Shown piece by piece: positions 62,671-64,000 of a stretch of 64,000 bases of DNA. Positions within the stretch are counted from its first letter, which is position 1; each line of letters starts with the position of its first letter. The stretch covers positions 1,600,001 through 1,664,000 of the forward strand of contig OZ252149.1 of NCBI GenBank assembly GCA_965248755.1. Reading direction: 5' to 3'. A program made the position numbers and the translations under genes. The notes beneath the pieces are model-generated. The model was not told the origin of the DNA. It saw only the letters and a program-made list of their open reading frames with translations, and did no database searches. Origin of the DNA: Candidatus Latescibacterota bacterium (GTDB lineage Bacteria > Latescibacterota > CBDEFO01).

Positions 62671-64000
62671 TTAGATTTCCTGAATCAACTTCTTCGCCTG
62701 TTCTATCTGTTCCTGTACGGAACTTTTTGCCGTACCCCCTTTGATGTCCCTCGAGTTTACGCTCTTTTCTGCGTCCATTATCCCATAGACATCCTCCTCG
62801 AAACTCTGTGAGAATCTTTTGAACTCCTCCAGTGGAAGGTCGCGGAGTTCCACTCCGTGGGACATACACTCTTTCACTAATTCGCCCACTATCGTGTGGC
62901 TTTCTCTGAAGGGTACTCCCTTTTTAGTCAGGTAATCGGCTATATCCGTAGTCAGCGTCCAATCGTCCACAGCGGAGCACATCCGTTCTTTTCTTATCTC
63001 CATCGTCTCCCAGACACAGGAGAACACATCTAAAACATCGTTCAGAGTCTTGGCGGTATCGAACAGCGGCTCTTTGTCCTCTTGAATATCCTTTGAGTAG
63101 GCTAAAGGGACACCCTTTGTCGCTGTTAAAAGAGCCATCAGGTTTCCGTAGATGCGCCCCGATTTTCCCCTTATGAGCTCTAAAGAATCCGGGTTCTTCT
63201 TCTGGGGCATAGCGCTTGATCCTGTGGAAAACGCCTCGTCTAACTCCACAAATCCAAATTCACTGGAGCACCAGATTATGAGATCCTCGCAGAACCTGGA
63301 GAGGTGGCTCATCAGGATCGCCGCCGCTGAGAGAAATTCCAAAATGTAATCCCTATCGCTTACAGCGTCTATACTGTTCTCCGAAACCTTTGAGAATCCC
63401 AATCTTTCGGCCATCTCCGCGCGATCTATCTTAAAGGCGCTCCCTGCCAGTGCCCCTGAGCCTATGGGCATAGAATCGGTACGAGATCTACAATCTTCAA
63501 GGCGGCCTTTATCCCTCTCTAGCATCCAGAAGAGCGACATCCCGTAGTGGGAAAAGAGTATGGGCTGCGCTCTTTGAAGGTGGGTGTAGCCAGGCATTAT
63601 TACGTCCAGATTCTCCTCCGCTCTCCTGACGAGCACAGATTGCAGCTCGGTTATCTTCTCCACTATTCCATCTATGGCGTCCATCAAATATAGCCGCTCA
63701 TCCAGGACAACCTGATCGTTCCTGCTTCTACCGGTGTGGATCTTCGCCCCTGCTGGCCCCACAAGTTCTGTCAGCCTCAGCTCGACGGCAGTATGTATGT
63801 CTTCCAGGTCATCTGTCAACTGATACTGACCAGATAGAATCTCAGCCTCCACTTGCTTTAAGCCTTCAACGACTTGATCCTTCTCCTCTTTTGATAGCAC
63901 ACCCGCCTGCTCCAGTGACTCCGCCTGCGCTATGTTCCCCCTTATATCCACTTCCAAGAGCTTGCGATCAAAGCCGATTGAAGCGTTGAACTTCTGCATT
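62671..64000 (-). CDS. argH: Argininosuccinate lyase (5' end probably outside the window)
   Basis: EDIHT, HTGRSRNDQV, MPGYTHLQRAQP, GSSAMPQKKNPD, YSKDIQEDKE. Confidence 0.97.
   Translation of the reverse strand, partial: MQKFNASIGFDRKLLEVDIRGNIAQAESLEQAGVLSKEEKDQVVEGLKQVEAEILSGQYQLTDDLEDIHTAVELRLTELVGPAGAKIHTGRSRNDQVVLDERLYLMDAIDGIVEKITELQSVLVRRAEENLDVIMPGYTHLQRAQPILFSHYGMSLFWMLERDKGRLEDCRSRTDSMPIGSGALAGSAFKIDRAEMAERLGFSKVSENSIDAVSDRDYILEFLSAAAILMSHLSRFCEDLIIWCSSEFGFVELDEAFSTGSSAMPQKKNPDSLELIRGKSGRIYGNLMALLTATKGVPLAYSKDIQEDKEPLFDTAKTLNDVLDVFSCVWETMEIRKERMCSAVDDWTLTTDIADYLTKKGVPFRESHTIVGELVKECMSHGVELRDLPLEEFKRFSQSFEEDVYGIMDAEKSVNSRDIKGGTAKSSVQEQIEQAKKLIQEI

Overview
Bacterial chromosomal window of about 50% GC. 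Its surface-protein tails (dockerin-like C-termini, a C-terminal 'WGTIK' motif) and its DUF4838/PhyH/Gfo-Idh-MocA expansions suggest an uncultured Latescibacterota/Poribacteria-like lineage; this is inference. The backbone carries psd, degP-like, truA, ecfT, a nitrite/sulfite reductase, ridA, mlrC-like, nuoB with a short nuoG-like gene, tRNA-Pro and tRNA-Arg, modC-like, cysE, an NAD-dependent formate dehydrogenase alpha with a NuoE-F fusion, aconitase and argH. The 12-33 kb part has three tandem DUF4838 paralogs, a 14-repeat FG-GAP/dockerin protein, a tRNA-Thr 3' fragment with att-like arms, and many pseudogenes. At 35.7-45.3 kb a tRNA-Arg-anchored island (serine-recombinase-like remnant plus a low-GC UvrD/GajB-like helicase) has been shattered by three copies of a 1266-bp IS3-family element, three copies of a 420-bp MITE derivative and one IS1380; a fourth IS3 copy sits in DUF4838 paralog 2. 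Most notable: (1) a 21-nt palindrome, CCCCGAT-N7-ATCGGGG, at about 13 loci, inserted in frame into coding sequence and nested in itself; (2) an IS3 with CA...CA rather than TG...CA ends that forms IS+MITE composite units; (3) a cytoplasmic DUF4062(TIR-like)-LRR fusion protein beside the island.
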